Below are positions 51,191-63,750 of a stretch of DNA of 64,000 nt, piece by piece. Source of the stretch: Octopus sinensis (taxonomy: Eukaryota). Both the position numbers and the translations under genes were made by a program. Below the pieces are notes generated by a model that was not told the DNA's origin, made no database searches, and was given only the letters and a program-made list of their open reading frames with translations. Numbering within the stretch: the first letter of the stretch is position 1; every line of letters starts with the position of its first letter. Location of the stretch: the NCBI RefSeq assembly GCF_006345805.1, contig NC_043001.1, positions 65,286,001 through 65,350,000 on the forward strand, written 5' to 3'.

Positions 51191-51220
51191 AATTATATAT
51201 ATATATATATATAATATATA

Positions 51221-51853
51221 TACTAAGCAATAAGGGTTTAGCAACGAGTTGCCTTACACACATACCGAATTTAGAATAGCAGTCAAAGGGTTATAGCTAT
51301 TTCTTCTACTAAAAGGGAGATCTCAGTAAAACACAGCATTTGGAAGGCAGACACAAACAGGTAAGAGAGAATGAATTGACTGCAATCTATCATACATTTT
51401 TTTAGTTATCCACGGACGTACGTTTCGAAATCAAGTTTTTAGGAAAGCATAAGAATTAAATATTAAATAATTCTATCTTACCGAAACTTCTTTTCTCTTC
51501 AGCGTAGAATACTATAATCATAAATGATTATATATTGAATTTTGAGATACCAGAAGGCACCAACTCAACTCAGTATCAGAGCGAGCTAGAATCCGCAACT
51601 GGTATCACCGAATTCAATTTGTGAATGAAACGATTGTGTCAACAGCCCCTTCCTACCCGCGTGTAGCCAAAACAAGATGCTGTGGTCATCTACTGAGATA
51701 AAATATGGTTATCCGTAATAATGAAGGGTGAAATTAATTAATTTGGAAAAATTATCAATTACACCAAGTAGTCTTCGGCATGTAAAAGCCTCATTCGAGG
51801 AAAATTTAAGTAATACTAAGCAATAAGGGTTTAGCAACGAGTTGCCTTACCAC
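51221..51853 (-). mobile_element. P2 monomer with a ~40-bp terminal direct repeat
   Basis: TACTAAGCAATAAGGG recurs at 51221 and 51814 (period 593). Bounded by (TA)n. Confidence 0.82.
51409..51508 (-). ncRNA. Type-I hammerhead ribozyme motif (P2), intact core
   Basis: Reverse complement of TCTACG-CTGAAGA-GAAAAGAAGT...ACTTGATTTC-GAAACGTACGTC-CGTGGA. Confidence 0.8.
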
Positions 51854-52025
51854 ATATATATATATATATATATATATACAAAAAGCAATAAAGATTCAAG
51901 TCAATTTTAATGAATTTACTTGAATATGGTACCTAACTTAGATGCACCAAAAAACTATACGGTTTTAACCATACAGTAATGTGGGGTGATTATAAGCGAG
52001 AAAGAAGCAACAAGAATGGATAAGT

Positions 52026-52116
52026 TTTTAGTACAATCGTTTCATACAAAGACAGGCTTTATTAAAAGTTGCAAAAATTGCAGCATATAAACGTGTCCCG
52101 TACTCATCAGCTAAAA
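52026..52116 (-). ncRNA. Type-I hammerhead ribozyme motif (P1)
   Basis: Mirror image of 52347-52437. Confidence 0.75.
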
Positions 52117-52346
52117 TACATGTGAGTTCTCTAGACATCTTAGTGGTTGAGGCTATACTCATGAAGTAATGTAGATAATTAAGTAACACAAACAGATTTC
52201 CAAATTTCATTAAAGTTCTTTAAAGATGATGCACAGTCTTTAAAGAACTTTAATGAAATTTGGAAATCTGTTTGTGTTACTTAATTATCTACATTACTTC
52301 ATGAGTATAGCCTCAACCACTAAGATGTCTAGAGAACTCACATGTA

Positions 52347-52437
52347 TTTTAGCTGATGAGTACGGGACACGTTTATATGCTGCAATTTCTGCAACTTTTA
52401 ATAAAGCCTGTCTTTGTATGAAACGATTGTACTAAAA
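52347..52437 (+). ncRNA. Type-I hammerhead ribozyme motif (P1)
   Basis: Stem I TTTTAG/CTAAAA (6 bp), CTGATGA (52353-59), stem II GTACGGGACA/TGTCTTTGTAT, GAAA (52420-23), near-palindromic ACGATTGT, and a GTA site. Confidence 0.75.
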
Positions 52438-52468
52438 ACTTATCCATTCTTGTTGCTTCTTTCTCGCG

Positions 52469-52515
<47 letters not shown>

Positions 52516-52516
<1 letters not shown>

Positions 52517-53529
52517 CCTTAAATCCTTAAATCCTTAAAAATGTTTTAGCCGAAGGCCGCGGCCATGCTGGGCACCACCGCTGAATGAACTACACTAATT
52601 TGTGAATCCACCTCTGATATGTGGCACTTGATCAACAAGGGAGTTCGATGCTGCTGCCAGCATCCGTGTCTCCTGTCGCGAGGTAGGTTCATCTGGGACT
52701 CCCGACAAGAAGAGATCCAGTTTAGTTTTAAAGAAACCCACATCCACACCATGTAAGTCTCTCAGGCATTTAGGGAGGATGTTAAAGAGCTGTGGTCCTC
52801 TGAAACCTAAGCTGTTGCAGTATCTGGACCTGTATTTTGATGGTGATGTTGGAATCCTTGGCACCATGCAGTGGCGCCCCGTTCTGTGGTTGGGGTAACT
52901 TTGAATGCCAAAGTTTGGGACAAGACCCTCCAGGATTTTCCAGATGTATATCACCGCATATCTCTCCCGCCTCCGCTCTAGGGAGAAGAGGTTTAATACC
53001 TTCAGTCTTTCCCAGTAGCTGATATTTTGCATTGAGACGATTTTCTTTGTGTAGCTTCTCTGAATTGCTTCGAGTTCTGCTGTTAGTTTTATATTGTATG
53101 GTGACCACAGTTGGGAGCAGTAGTCCAAGCGGCTGAGGACGAATGTTCTCCATAGGACCATCAGTGTCTTCTTTTCTCTTGTTCTGAAAGTTCGGAGAAT
53201 CCATCCAGCTAGCTGTCTGCATTTTATCACCAGATTACCAATATGCACTTGGAAAGATGCATCATTGCTCATGTCAATGCCCAGGTCACGCACTGATTTT
53301 GACTCAGAGATTGCAATTCTTCCTGGGCCAGTGTATCCAGTCTGCACGTCGTTTACTTTTGTGTGCCAGTAGCGCAGGGCCTGGAAATTACTTGCATTAA
53401 ACTGCATGTTGTTGTCCTCAGCCCACCTGTATATTGTGTCCAACTCCTGTTGCAGATGCGCAATATTTTCAGGGTTCTGTATTGCATGGGAGACTTTTGT
53501 GTCATCTGCATAGCTAGCAAGGGTGGTCA
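52516..53529 (-). mobile_element. 5'-truncated CR1/L2-group LINE (same family as 9697-13286)
   Basis: YADDTK...VRDLGI...SLERRRERY...RGPQLFNILP...VPDEP in an open frame. Tail followed by (TTTAAGGA)3. Confidence 0.9.
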
Positions 53530-53558
53530 TATACATATCATATATATATATACATATC

Positions 53559-53616
<58 letters not shown>

Positions 53617-53621
53617 ATATA

Positions 53622-53671
<50 letters not shown>

Positions 53672-53690
53672 TATATATACATATATATAT

Positions 53691-53725
<35 letters not shown>

Positions 53726-53741
53726 TATATATATATATATT

Positions 53742-53882
<141 letters not shown>

Positions 53883-54174
53883 ATAATATAATATATATAT
53901 ATATATATATAGCAATTAAGGACAACTACTTAATAAGGAAAACTTAACAAGAAATTGTCAGGTAGATTGCGTAAAAACCTCATAAGAGAAAAAATTTCGA
54001 AAATAATTATTTCTTATTGAACATATTAATTTATATATAGAGGGCATTATACATACATGCCAGGAGGCATTGTATATACATGCCAAACGCTAAGAGGGAC
54101 AATCAGTCATTTCTACCAAAAATATTACTAATCCCACCGAATGCAATTTTTCAAAGTAAGACATTTAAAAATAT

Positions 54175-54222
54175 AGACCTGTATCACAGTGATTTCATAC
54201 TTACGTAATCATCAGCAGGCCT
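54175..54222 (-). ncRNA. Minimal type-I hammerhead motif (P7)
   Basis: Reverse complement of 54928-54975. Confidence 0.75.
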
Positions 54223-54927
54223 GAATGTATTATAAATAAACAACGACCTTGCCTCGCTTAAGCCGATCAGCTAACTGATCAACATCAACGAAGCACATGG
54301 GTGAGTTTATATATATTACATCCGGGTAAATGGTAAACTTTTACGAATTGCATTTCGGGAGAGGAAAAGTTTTTTCGAATAAAAATTTAGCAATTAAGGA
54401 CAACTACTTAATAAGGAAAACTTAACAAGAAATTGTCAGGTAGATAGCGTAAAAACCTCATAAGAGAAAAAATTTCGAAAATAATTATTTCTTATTGAAC
54501 ATATTAATTTATATATAGAGGGCATTATACATACATGCCAGGAGGCATTGTATATACATGCCAAACGCTAAGAGGGACAATCAGTCATTTCTACCAAAAA
54601 TATTACTAATCCCACCGAATGCAATTTTTCAAAGTAAGACAATTAATATGTTCAATAAGAAATAATTATTTTCGAAATTTTTTCTCTTATGAGGTTTTTA
54701 CGCTATCTACCTGACAATTTCTTGTTAAGTTTTCCTTATTAAGTAGTTGTCCTTAATTGCTAAATTTTTATTCCGAAAAAACTTTTCCTCTCCCGAAATG
54801 CAATTCGTAAAAGTTTACCATTTACCCGGATGTAATATATATAAACTCACCCATGTGCTTCGTTGATGTTGATCAGTTAGCTGATCGGCTTAAGCGAGGC
54901 AAGGTCGTTGTTTATTATAATACATTC

Positions 54928-54975
54928 AGGCCTGCTGATGATTACGTAAGTATGAAATCACTGTGATACAGGTCT
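54928..54975 (+). ncRNA. Minimal type-I hammerhead motif (P7)
   Basis: AGGCCTG-CTGATGA-T-TAC-GTAA-GTA-T-GAAA-TCAC-T-GTGA-TA-CAGGTCT: 7-bp stem I, GNRA-capped stem II and a palindromic stem III. Confidence 0.78.
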
Positions 54976-55404
54976 ATATTTTTAAATGTCTTACTTTGAA
55001 AAATTGCATTCGGTGGGATTAGTAATATTTTTGGTAGAAATGACTGATTGTCCCTCTTAGCGTTTGGCATGTATATACAATGCCTCCTGGCATGTATGTA
55101 TAATGCCTCTATATATAAATTAATATGTTCAATAAGAAATAATTATTTTCGAAATTTTTTCTCTTATGAGGTTTTTACGCTATCTACCTGACAATTTCTT
55201 GTTAAGTTTTCCTTATTAAGTAGTTGTCCTTAATTGCTAAATTTTTATTCCGAAAAAACTTTTCCTCTCCGAAATGCAATTCGTAAAAGTTTACCATTTA
55301 CCCGGATGTAATATATATAAACTCACCCATGTGCTTCGTTGATGTTGATCAGTTAGCTGATCGGCTTAAGCGAGGCAAGGTCGTTGTTTATTTATAATAC
55401 ATTC

Positions 55405-55452
55405 AGGCCTGCTGATGATTACGTAAGTATGAAATCACTGTGATACAGGTCT
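55405..55452 (+). ncRNA. Minimal type-I hammerhead motif (P7)
   Basis: Identical to 54928-54975, 477 bp downstream. Confidence 0.78.
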
Positions 55453-55595
55453 ATATTTTTAAATGTCTTACTTTGAAAAATTGCATTCGGTGGGATTAGT
55501 AATATTTTTGGTAGAAATGACTGATTGTCCCTCTTAGCGTTTGGCATGTATATACAATGCCTCCTGGCATGTATGTATAATGCCCTCTATATAAA

Positions 55596-55628
<33 letters not shown>

Positions 55629-56145
55629 TATATATATATATCATATATATATACATATATATACATATATATATATGATATGTGTATATATATATATACA
55701 TATCATATATGATATATATATATTACATATATATATATATATACATATCATATATATATATATATATACACATATCATATATACATATATACATATCATA
55801 TATATATATATATACATATCATATATATATATACATATCATATATATATACATATCATATATATATTATACATATCATATATATATATATACATATCATA
55901 TATATATATCCATATCATATTTATATATATACATATCATATATATATATACATATCATATATATATATATATACATATCATATATATACATATCATATAT
56001 ATATATATATACATATCATATATATATACATATTATATATATATATTTAAAGGTGGTGCTCCAGCATGGCCGCAGTCAAATGACTGAAACAAGAAAAAGA
56101 GAAAAAGAGAAAAATATATACATATCATATATATATATACATATC

Positions 56146-56235
<90 letters not shown>

Positions 56236-56254
56236 AATGAATGTTTTTATATAT

Positions 56255-56563
56255 AATGAACGTGAAATACAGGAAGGGACGAACACGGAACACAGACAAA
56301 TCATTCGAAGCCTTCAATCTTCAGTCAGACACCGAATCATCATAGCAAATTTCGGCTGTTCAATTCTGATATTTGCTCCAACTCGGCCAGCCCCAAGAAA
56401 AAAAACTAAGCTGTAAGCATTAGATTTCTTGGTAGAAGACAGGAATGTGAACGCACAAGACGGATGTGAATACAAGAGACGAAAACGAAATTGAAAACAG
56501 TAATGAAAAAACAAAATATATATAACGGTGGTTGTCATACGACTTTAGACCAAATGAGACAAA

Positions 56564-56570
<7 letters not shown>
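56255..56570. mobile_element. P4-related repeat in (TA)n
   Basis: Core shared with 13284-13520 but with different ends. Confidence 0.5.
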
Positions 56571-56608
<38 letters not shown>

Positions 56609-56640
56609 ATATATATATATAATATTATATATATATATAT

Positions 56641-59600
56641 CATTATCATCATCATCATCATCATCGTTAACGTCCGTTTTCCGCGCTAGCACGGGTTGGA
56701 CGGTTCGACCGGGGTCTGGGGAGCCAGGGGCTGCTCCAGGCTCCAGTCTGATCTGGCAGTGTTTCTACAGCTTGATGCCCTTCCTAACGCCAACCACTCC
56801 GCGAGTGTAGTGGGTGCTTTTTACGTGCCACCTGCACAGGAGCCAGAGGGGTCTGGCATCGGCCACGATCGGTTGGTGCTTTTTTTTTTATGTGCTACCG
56901 GCACAGAAGCCAGTCAAGGCGGTGCTGGCATCGGCCACGTTCGGATGGTGCTTTTTATGTGCCACCGGCACAGAAGCCATTCGAGGCAGGGTTGGCATCG
57001 GTCACATTCGGATGGTGCTTTTTATGTGCCACCGGCACAGAAGCTAGTGGAGGCTGCACTGGCAACGGCCACGTTCAGATGGTGCTTGGCCACGTTCGGA
57101 TGGTGCTTTTTATGTGTCACCGGCACAGGTATCACAACTACTGTTTCCATTGATATTTGGTTCGATGTTCATGTACATGCACATGACTCAACAGGTCTCC
57201 TCAAGCACAGCGAGATGTTCCGAGATCCCACGATCGGTTGGTGCTTTTTATGTGCCACCGGCACAGAAGCCATTTGAGGCGGGGTTGGCATCGGTCACGT
57301 TTTGATGGAGCTTTTTATGTGCCACCGGCACAGAAGCCAGTGGAGGATGCACTGGCAACGGCCACGTTCGGATGGTGCTGGCGGGGTTGGCATCGGTTAC
57401 GTTCGGATGGAGCTTTTTATGTGCCGCCGGCACAGAAGCCAGTGGAGGCTGCACTGGCAACGGCCACGTTCGGATGGTGCTTTTTATGTGTCACCGGCAC
57501 AGGTATCACAACTACTACTGTTTCCATTGATATTTGGTTCGATTCTCATGTACATGCACTTGACTCAACAGGTCTCCTCGAGCACAGCGAGATGTTCCGG
57601 TACATGCACTTGACTCACCAGGTCTCCTCCAGCACAGCGAGATGTTCCGGGATCCCACGATCGGTTGGTGCGTGCCACCGGCACAGAAGCCATTCGAGGC
57701 AGTGTGTCACCGGCTCAGGTATCACAACTACAACTGTTTCCATTGATATTTGGTTCGATTCTCATGTACCTGTACATGCACTTGACTCAACAGGTCTCCT
57801 CAAGCCCAGCGAGATGTTCCGGGATCCCACGATCGGTTGGTGCTTTTTATGTGCCACCGGCACAGAAGCCAGTGGAGGCTGCACTGGCAACGGCCACGTT
57901 CGGATGGTGCTTTTTATGTGTCACCGGCACAGGTATCACAACTACTGTTTCCATTGATATTTGGTTCGATGTTCATGTGTCACCGGCACAGAAGCCATTC
58001 GAGGCGTGGAGGCTGCACTGGCAACGGCCACGTTCGGATGGTGCTTTTTATGTGTCACCGGCACAGGTCTCACAACTAATGTTTCCATTGATATTTGGTT
58101 CGATGTTCATGTGCCACCGGCACAGAAGCCATTCGAGGCGGGGTTGGCATCGGTCACGGTCGGATGGTGCTTTTTATGTGCCACCGGCACAGGAGCCAGG
58201 GGAGGCTACACTGGCAATGGCCACGTTCGGATGGTGCTCTTTATGTGTCACCGGCATAGGAATCACAACTACTGTTTCCATTGATATTTGGTTCGATGTT
58301 CATGTACATGCACTTGACTCAACAGGTCTCCTCAAGCCCAGCGAGATGTTCCGGTACATGCACTTGACTCAACAGGTCTCCTCAAGCACAGCGAGATGTT
58401 CCGGGATCCAAGGTGCTTTGGATGGGCAGGGGGTATGCGGAACTGGTGCCGGAAGCATCTCGGGTCTTAGTAGTCACAGCACATCTCCAGAGATCTCGGT
58501 CCTTCGCCATTGCCTCAGTGAGGCCCAACGCTCTGAGGTCATGCTTGACTACCTCATCCCATACTCCCCCTGATTCCTTCAACTGTTCGGGAGTGGCACT
58601 TCTTCACACATCTCTCCTCATCCATCCGCAGTACATGACCATACCATCGCAAGCGTCGCTCTTGCACACCGCATCTGATGCTTCTTATGCCTAGCATTTC
58701 TCTCAGGGTGCTTACACTCTGTCGTGCATTCACACTGACATTGCACATCCAGCGGATCATGCTAGCTTCATTTCTTTCAAGTCTACGCATGTCCTCTGCA
58801 GTCACGGCCCATGTTTCACTGCCGTGAAGCATAGCAGTTCGCACACATGCATCATACAATCTACCTTTCACTCTGAGTGAGAGACCCTTTGTCGCCAGTA
58901 GGGGTAGGAGCTTTCTAAACTTTGCCCAGGCTATTCGTATTCTAGTGGTGACACTCTCTGTGCATCCACCCCCACTACTAACTTGGTCACCCAGGTAGCG
59001 GAAACTATCAACTACTTCTAGTTTCTCCCCCTGGAGTGTGATGGAATCTGTTTTTTTAGTGTCTGTGGTGTCTATTGTCCCTGTGCATCTGCCGCACATG
59101 AAAGCTATCTTATCAGTTAATTTCCCTTTGATGTTGCTGCACCTTTTATGCGTCCATAGCTTACACTGGGTGCATCTTATGGAGTTTCTACCTACACCTT
59201 TCCTACAGCTCGAGCAGGGCCACCTGCCCGATGGGGTGTGTGCTGAGTTCGCCTTTCTGCATACTATAACTTTGGTCTTCGCTACATTTACTCTAAGGCC
59301 CTTAGATTCTAACCCTTGTTTCCACACCCAAAATTTCTTTTTTAGTTCCGGTAGTGATTCTGCTATGAGGGCCAGGTCATCAGCATAGAGGAGCTCCCAG
59401 GGGCAACCTGTTTTGAATTCCTCTGTTATTGCCTGGAGGACTATGATGAATAAAAGGGGACTGAGGGCCGAGCCCTGGTGTACACCTACTTCAACCCGGA
59501 ATTCTTCACTATATTCGTTGCCAATCCTAACCTTGCTGACAGCCTCTCTGTATAGAGCCTGTACAGCCCTTATTAGCCATTCGTCAATCAACAGTTTCCG

Positions 59601-61047
59601 CATCGACCACCAGATAAGGAATCGGGGAACCCTGTCAAAGGCTTTCTCCAAGTCCACAAAAGCTATGTAGAGGGGTTTATCTTTAGCTAGGTACTTCTCC
59701 TGCAGTTGTCGGACCAGGAATATAGCATCAGTGGTGCTTCTACCTGGCACAAAACCGAACTGCATCTCATCTAAGCAAATTCTCTCCCTAATGAGATGGG
59801 TTATGACCCTCTCTGTGGTCTTCATCACCTGATCTAACAGTTCAATACCCCTGTAGTTATTTCTATCTAGAGCATCACCCTTACCCTTACCCTTGTAGCA
59901 GTTGACTATGGTGCTGCTACGCCAGTCATTGGGTATGACTCCATTGTGAACTACCTGGTTAACAATACGGGTGACTAGGCCATAGCCCACATAGCCAGCT
60001 GTTTTAAGCATCTCAGCAGTGATTCCTGATGGGCCGGGGGCTTTACCCGGTTTCATATCCTTAATTGCTTTATCTACTAGGGAGCCGTCTATTCAGATAG
60101 CTGGTCCCTCTACTGGGTTAACATTTGGCAGGCTCTCCTCCTCCCATTCATTCTCCACATTCAGCAGTCTTTCATAATGGCTTCTCCAAGCCTCTTTCTT
60201 TTCACCAACATTAAAGGCAAGTGCCCCATCATCCATGCGGACACATTTCTCTCCTGTAACATCACTATTTTCTCTCACACACTGTCTAGCAATCCGAAAT
60301 ACCTCAGTTCTTTGGTCCTCACGTCGCTGGACATTGGCAAACTTCTTCTTTTCTGCTATATCTTTGGCTATGTATACCTGCCGCCTGGCCTCCCTTTTGG
60401 CTACTTGGTACGGTTCCCTGCTACCCCCATCCCTCCAGGCTCTCCAGGCCTGTTTCTTAGAACTAATGGCTTTGTCTACTGCACTATTCCACCACCACGT
60501 AACTCTAGGTCTGGAAGGAACTTTACCCCATCCACAGACTTGGTCTGTGGCACTCAGCAAGCTGTCCCGTAGGAATTTCCAGCTGCCTTCTATATCCGAC
60601 GTCTGTAGCTCCTCCTCCCTCTCATTAAATTTCTTGATGAGGATATCCCTAAATCTCTGACCATGTGAAGGGTTCTTTAGCTTCCAAATCCTTCTTTTCT
60701 GGATTGGTCTGTTTCTTGGAGTCCTTCTGGCCTCAAGCCTAAAGTCACTAATTATTAGCCTATGCTGAGGGATACACTCTTCACCCGGGAGGGTCTTTGT
60801 ATTTAAGAGCGACCCTGCTTCCCGCTGTCTGGTGAGGATGAAGTCTATTTGGCTAGCGGAGTCCCCTGACTGATATGTTATAAGGTGGCAGTCAGGCTTC
60901 CTGAAGTTACTGTTGCAGATTAAAAGGTTACATGCATCACAGAATTCCAGTAGTCTAGTTCCCTCCTCATTTCTGGTGCCAATACCATGGCCACCGTGAA
61001 CCCCAGTGAAGATACCCGATTCCCGCCCAACATGCCCATTAAAGTCT
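56641..61047 (-). mobile_element. Young 5'-truncated RTE-clade LINE with an expanded modular 3'UTR
   Basis: (GAT)n tail at 56641-56665, repeat-rich 3'UTR at ~56820-58390, ORF at 58382-61047. The 5' break lies inside APE at (TA)n. Confidence 0.92.
58382..61047 (-). pseudogene. RTE ORF (partial APE plus complete RT)
   Basis: DFNGHVG, SQIDFIL, QHRLII, TWWWNS, GKAPGPSG, NYRGIELL, FVDLEKAFDRV, VGVHQGS.LSP and YADDL. One in-frame TGA at ~60093 and a frameshift near 58570. Confidence 0.92.
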
Positions 61048-61083
61048 CATATATATATATATATATATATATAGATATATATA

Positions 61084-61143
<60 letters not shown>

Positions 61144-61147
<4 letters not shown>

Positions 61148-61824
61148 GCTGGGTGGATCCTAAGAACATTCAGACCAGAGATAAGGAAACTATGATGGTC
61201 CTCTGGCGGACATTTGTCCTCAGTCGCCTGGATTACTATTCACAGCTATGGTCACCCACCAGTGTAAAATTAACAGCGGACCTTGAAGCAATCCAGAGAA
61301 GATTCACAAAGAAGATCATCCCTTTGCAACAGCTCAGCTACTGGGAAAGGTTGAAACAGCTAAGACTGTAATCCCTGGAGAGAAGACGGGAGAGATATGC
61401 AGTAATATATGTCTGGAAGATCCTGGAAGGAATTGTGCCAAATTTTGGCATTGTAAGCTACACCAATGCTAGAACGGGACGACACTGCATAGTGCCAAAG
61501 ATCCCAGCAATGCCATCACGCTTCAGGACCAGCTTATGCAACAGCCTAGGTTTCAAAGGCCCACAGCTTTTTAATATTCTCTCAAAGAGTCTGAGGAACT
61601 TGCACAAAGTAGATGTAGCGGTTTTTAAATCAAAGCTGGACATCTTCCTGTCAAGAGTCCCAGATGAACCTACCTCACGGCAAGAGGTGCAAATGAGAGT
61701 AGCTATATCAAACTCTATTCTTCACCAAGTGCCACATATTAGACGAGGTTCGTCATAATAACAGTGTAGCACAAAACGGTGGTGCATCAGCACGGCTGCA
61801 GCTCTGAGCTGAAACTAGATAAAA

Positions 61825-61830
<6 letters not shown>
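61144..61830 (+). mobile_element. 5'-truncated CR1/L2-group LINE (same family as 9697-13286)
   Basis: VLSRLDYYSQLWSP, SLERRRERY, KGPQLFNIL and VPDEP. Tail ...CAGCTCTGAGCTGAAAC plus poly-A. Confidence 0.88.
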
Positions 61831-61880
<50 letters not shown>

Positions 61881-62214
61881 TATTTCAATCATATATACAT
61901 ATATCATATGTATATATACATATAAATATCATCAAATACATGTATGTATTAAAATATGTCTTGTTTGATTTACATGTTTTTCGAGTCAAGTATGTTTTAA
62001 ATGAAAAAATGATTGAAGTATTCTTTCACAACCAGATGCCTTTCCTGTCATTAACACTTGACTGTGTTTTAAATAAGGAATCTCTTAATTACACATGCCT
62101 TGAAAGGCTTGAAGTAAGCAGACAATTTGTCAACCAGAGAAATGACAACAACAAACCTTGTAGCTTGCAACTTTTATAGAGCACAAACATAAACAGATAT
62201 ACACACATATTATA

Positions 62215-62340
62215 TAGATGGGTTTCTTACAGGTTCCATCTATCAAATTCACTCACAAGGATTTGGTCAATCTTGGCTATCATAAGTGATACTTGGCGAA
62301 GTTGCCATGCACTGGGACTGAACTCAAAACCATATGATTA
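62215..62340 (-). mobile_element. Diverged SINE B head
   Basis: Reverse complement of ...GAGTTCAGTCCCAGTGCATGGCAAC...GTGAGTGAATTTGATAGA. Confidence 0.5.
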
Positions 62341-62899
62341 AGAAGGGAACTATGTGCCTGTGCCTTCTATCAGTCTTTCTGTACATATGTATGCGTGCAT
62401 ATATATATACATACACACATATATAGTATGTAGATAGGGTTGTAATCGAAGCCGTGTCCTCGTGAAGCACACCTGTATATTCCAGTATGCCAACATTGTA
62501 TGTAGATGTTATAATTGTGTGAGGCATGTATAAGAGTAGAAAAAATATTGGAAAATAATATTTGCAGAGTAATTACGCATCAAAACAGTAGACTGGAAAA
62601 TATTTTTAGTATTATTTATTCACCATTGCACATGTTTCATTTGCTAGTAGGAGTTAGAATATTATACATGTAAGAGAAAATGATAAAATATCTCTTATTA
62701 AAAATTCCTCAGACAGCGAATCAATTATCAGGTTGAATAAAAAATAAGCAACGTTTTGAACCATGAAGAATTTGTACCAGATTTTTGCAGGGTTTTGAAT
62801 TTTTGTTAAACATTTTTTTGCATTTGTCTGATAATACAGATATAAACTTACCCAAATGCATCAATAAATTAACATTTATATATTTTTTCCCCATTGTTA

Positions 62900-63220
62900 C
62901 AATCATCTGAAATGGAACTGTGAAAGTGTGATATTTGAGCAGTTTTGCTATTCAACTTCAAAAAAAGATGTAAAGCAGCTAAAACTGTTCATGATATCCA
63001 ATGAAACATTTGGTGGGGAAATGACCAGTGAGAGGTCAGCTTGAAAATGGTTTAAATGATTTTGCAGATTGTGAGCATTATGTAGAGACTGTCATTGAGA
63101 AAGATCCATATAAAACCACTTGAGAACTGGCAAAAGAACTTCAAGTTAACCAGAAAGCTGCCTGCAACCATTTGCATGCAATCAGAAAATCAAAAAAGCT
63201 CGACAAATTTTAATGAAAAT
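62900..63220 (+). pseudogene. mariner transposase N-terminal (HTH) remnant with an internal deletion
   Basis: ...LFNFKK.CKAA.TV.DI.ETFG...SERSA.KWFK..., then IEKDPYKTT.ELAKELQVNQKAACNHLHAIRKSKKLDK. Confidence 0.65.
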
Positions 63221-63544
63221 CAGAAAATGCTTATTGCTTCTTCTCCGCAACTAGACAAGCAACGATAAGCGGATGTTTACATTTTGATACGTTAGCTACG
63301 TCACAAAATAGCTGTTTACGTCACAGTAACAATATTTTGAGAAGCAGTAAATAATATGAGGCCGAAAGAAAGAATATCATTGGTTAAAATTCCAATTTTT
63401 AAACAATGTTCAACTTAAAAATTACAATTCCGTTTTCATTTTGGTTTACTATTATGTTTTCATTTGACACAATCTACCAGTATACGAAGTTTCAAATTGT
63501 TTAGTTAACTAGGAAAATCTGGCTTTCAAAAGGCAAAGATCCCC

Positions 63545-63750
63545 TGTTTCTTTACTACCCACAAGGGGCTAAACATAGAGGGGACAAACAAGGACAGACA
63601 AACGGATTAAGTCGATTACATCGACCCCCAGTGCGTAACTGGTATGTAATTTATCGACCTTGAAAGGATGAAAGGCAAAGTCGACCTCGTCGGAATTTGA
63701 ACTCAGAACGTAACGGCATACGAAATACGGCTACGCATTTCGCCCGGCGT
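63545..63750 (-). mobile_element. SINE family A (tail type 2)
   Basis: Reverse complement of the SINE A body and tail. Confidence 0.8.

Larger units (their letters stand above)
51876..52468. mobile_element. P1 copy forming a long palindrome (~235-bp arms centred near 52230)
   Basis: Inverted arms with a 10-bp spacer TGATGCACAG. At least one arm difference (AAAAATTGCAGC vs GCTGCAATTTCT). Confidence 0.85.
53911..55594. mobile_element. P7 array: 477-bp HHR-bearing monomer, ~1.5 units on the minus strand followed by 2 units on the plus strand
   Basis: AGCAATTAAGG recurs at 53911 and ~54390. Inversion near 54641. + units 54642-55117 and 55118-55594. Bounded by (TA)n. Confidence 0.88.

Noticed and set aside
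52419-52420. U instead of C at HHR position 11.1 in several families as a new conserved core variant
   Set aside because: C-GAAA is a CpG, so C-to-T decay explains it just as well. It cannot be claimed without family consensuses.
56820-58390. Repeat-spacer pattern resembling a CRISPR array
   Set aside because: The spacers are themselves repeated (three types), the context is a eukaryotic RTE 3'UTR, and there are no cas genes.
56696-58573. Long + strand ORFs (193-302 aa) over the RTE 3'UTR
   Set aside because: They are products of stop-poor tandem modules on the antisense strand, with no protein motif.
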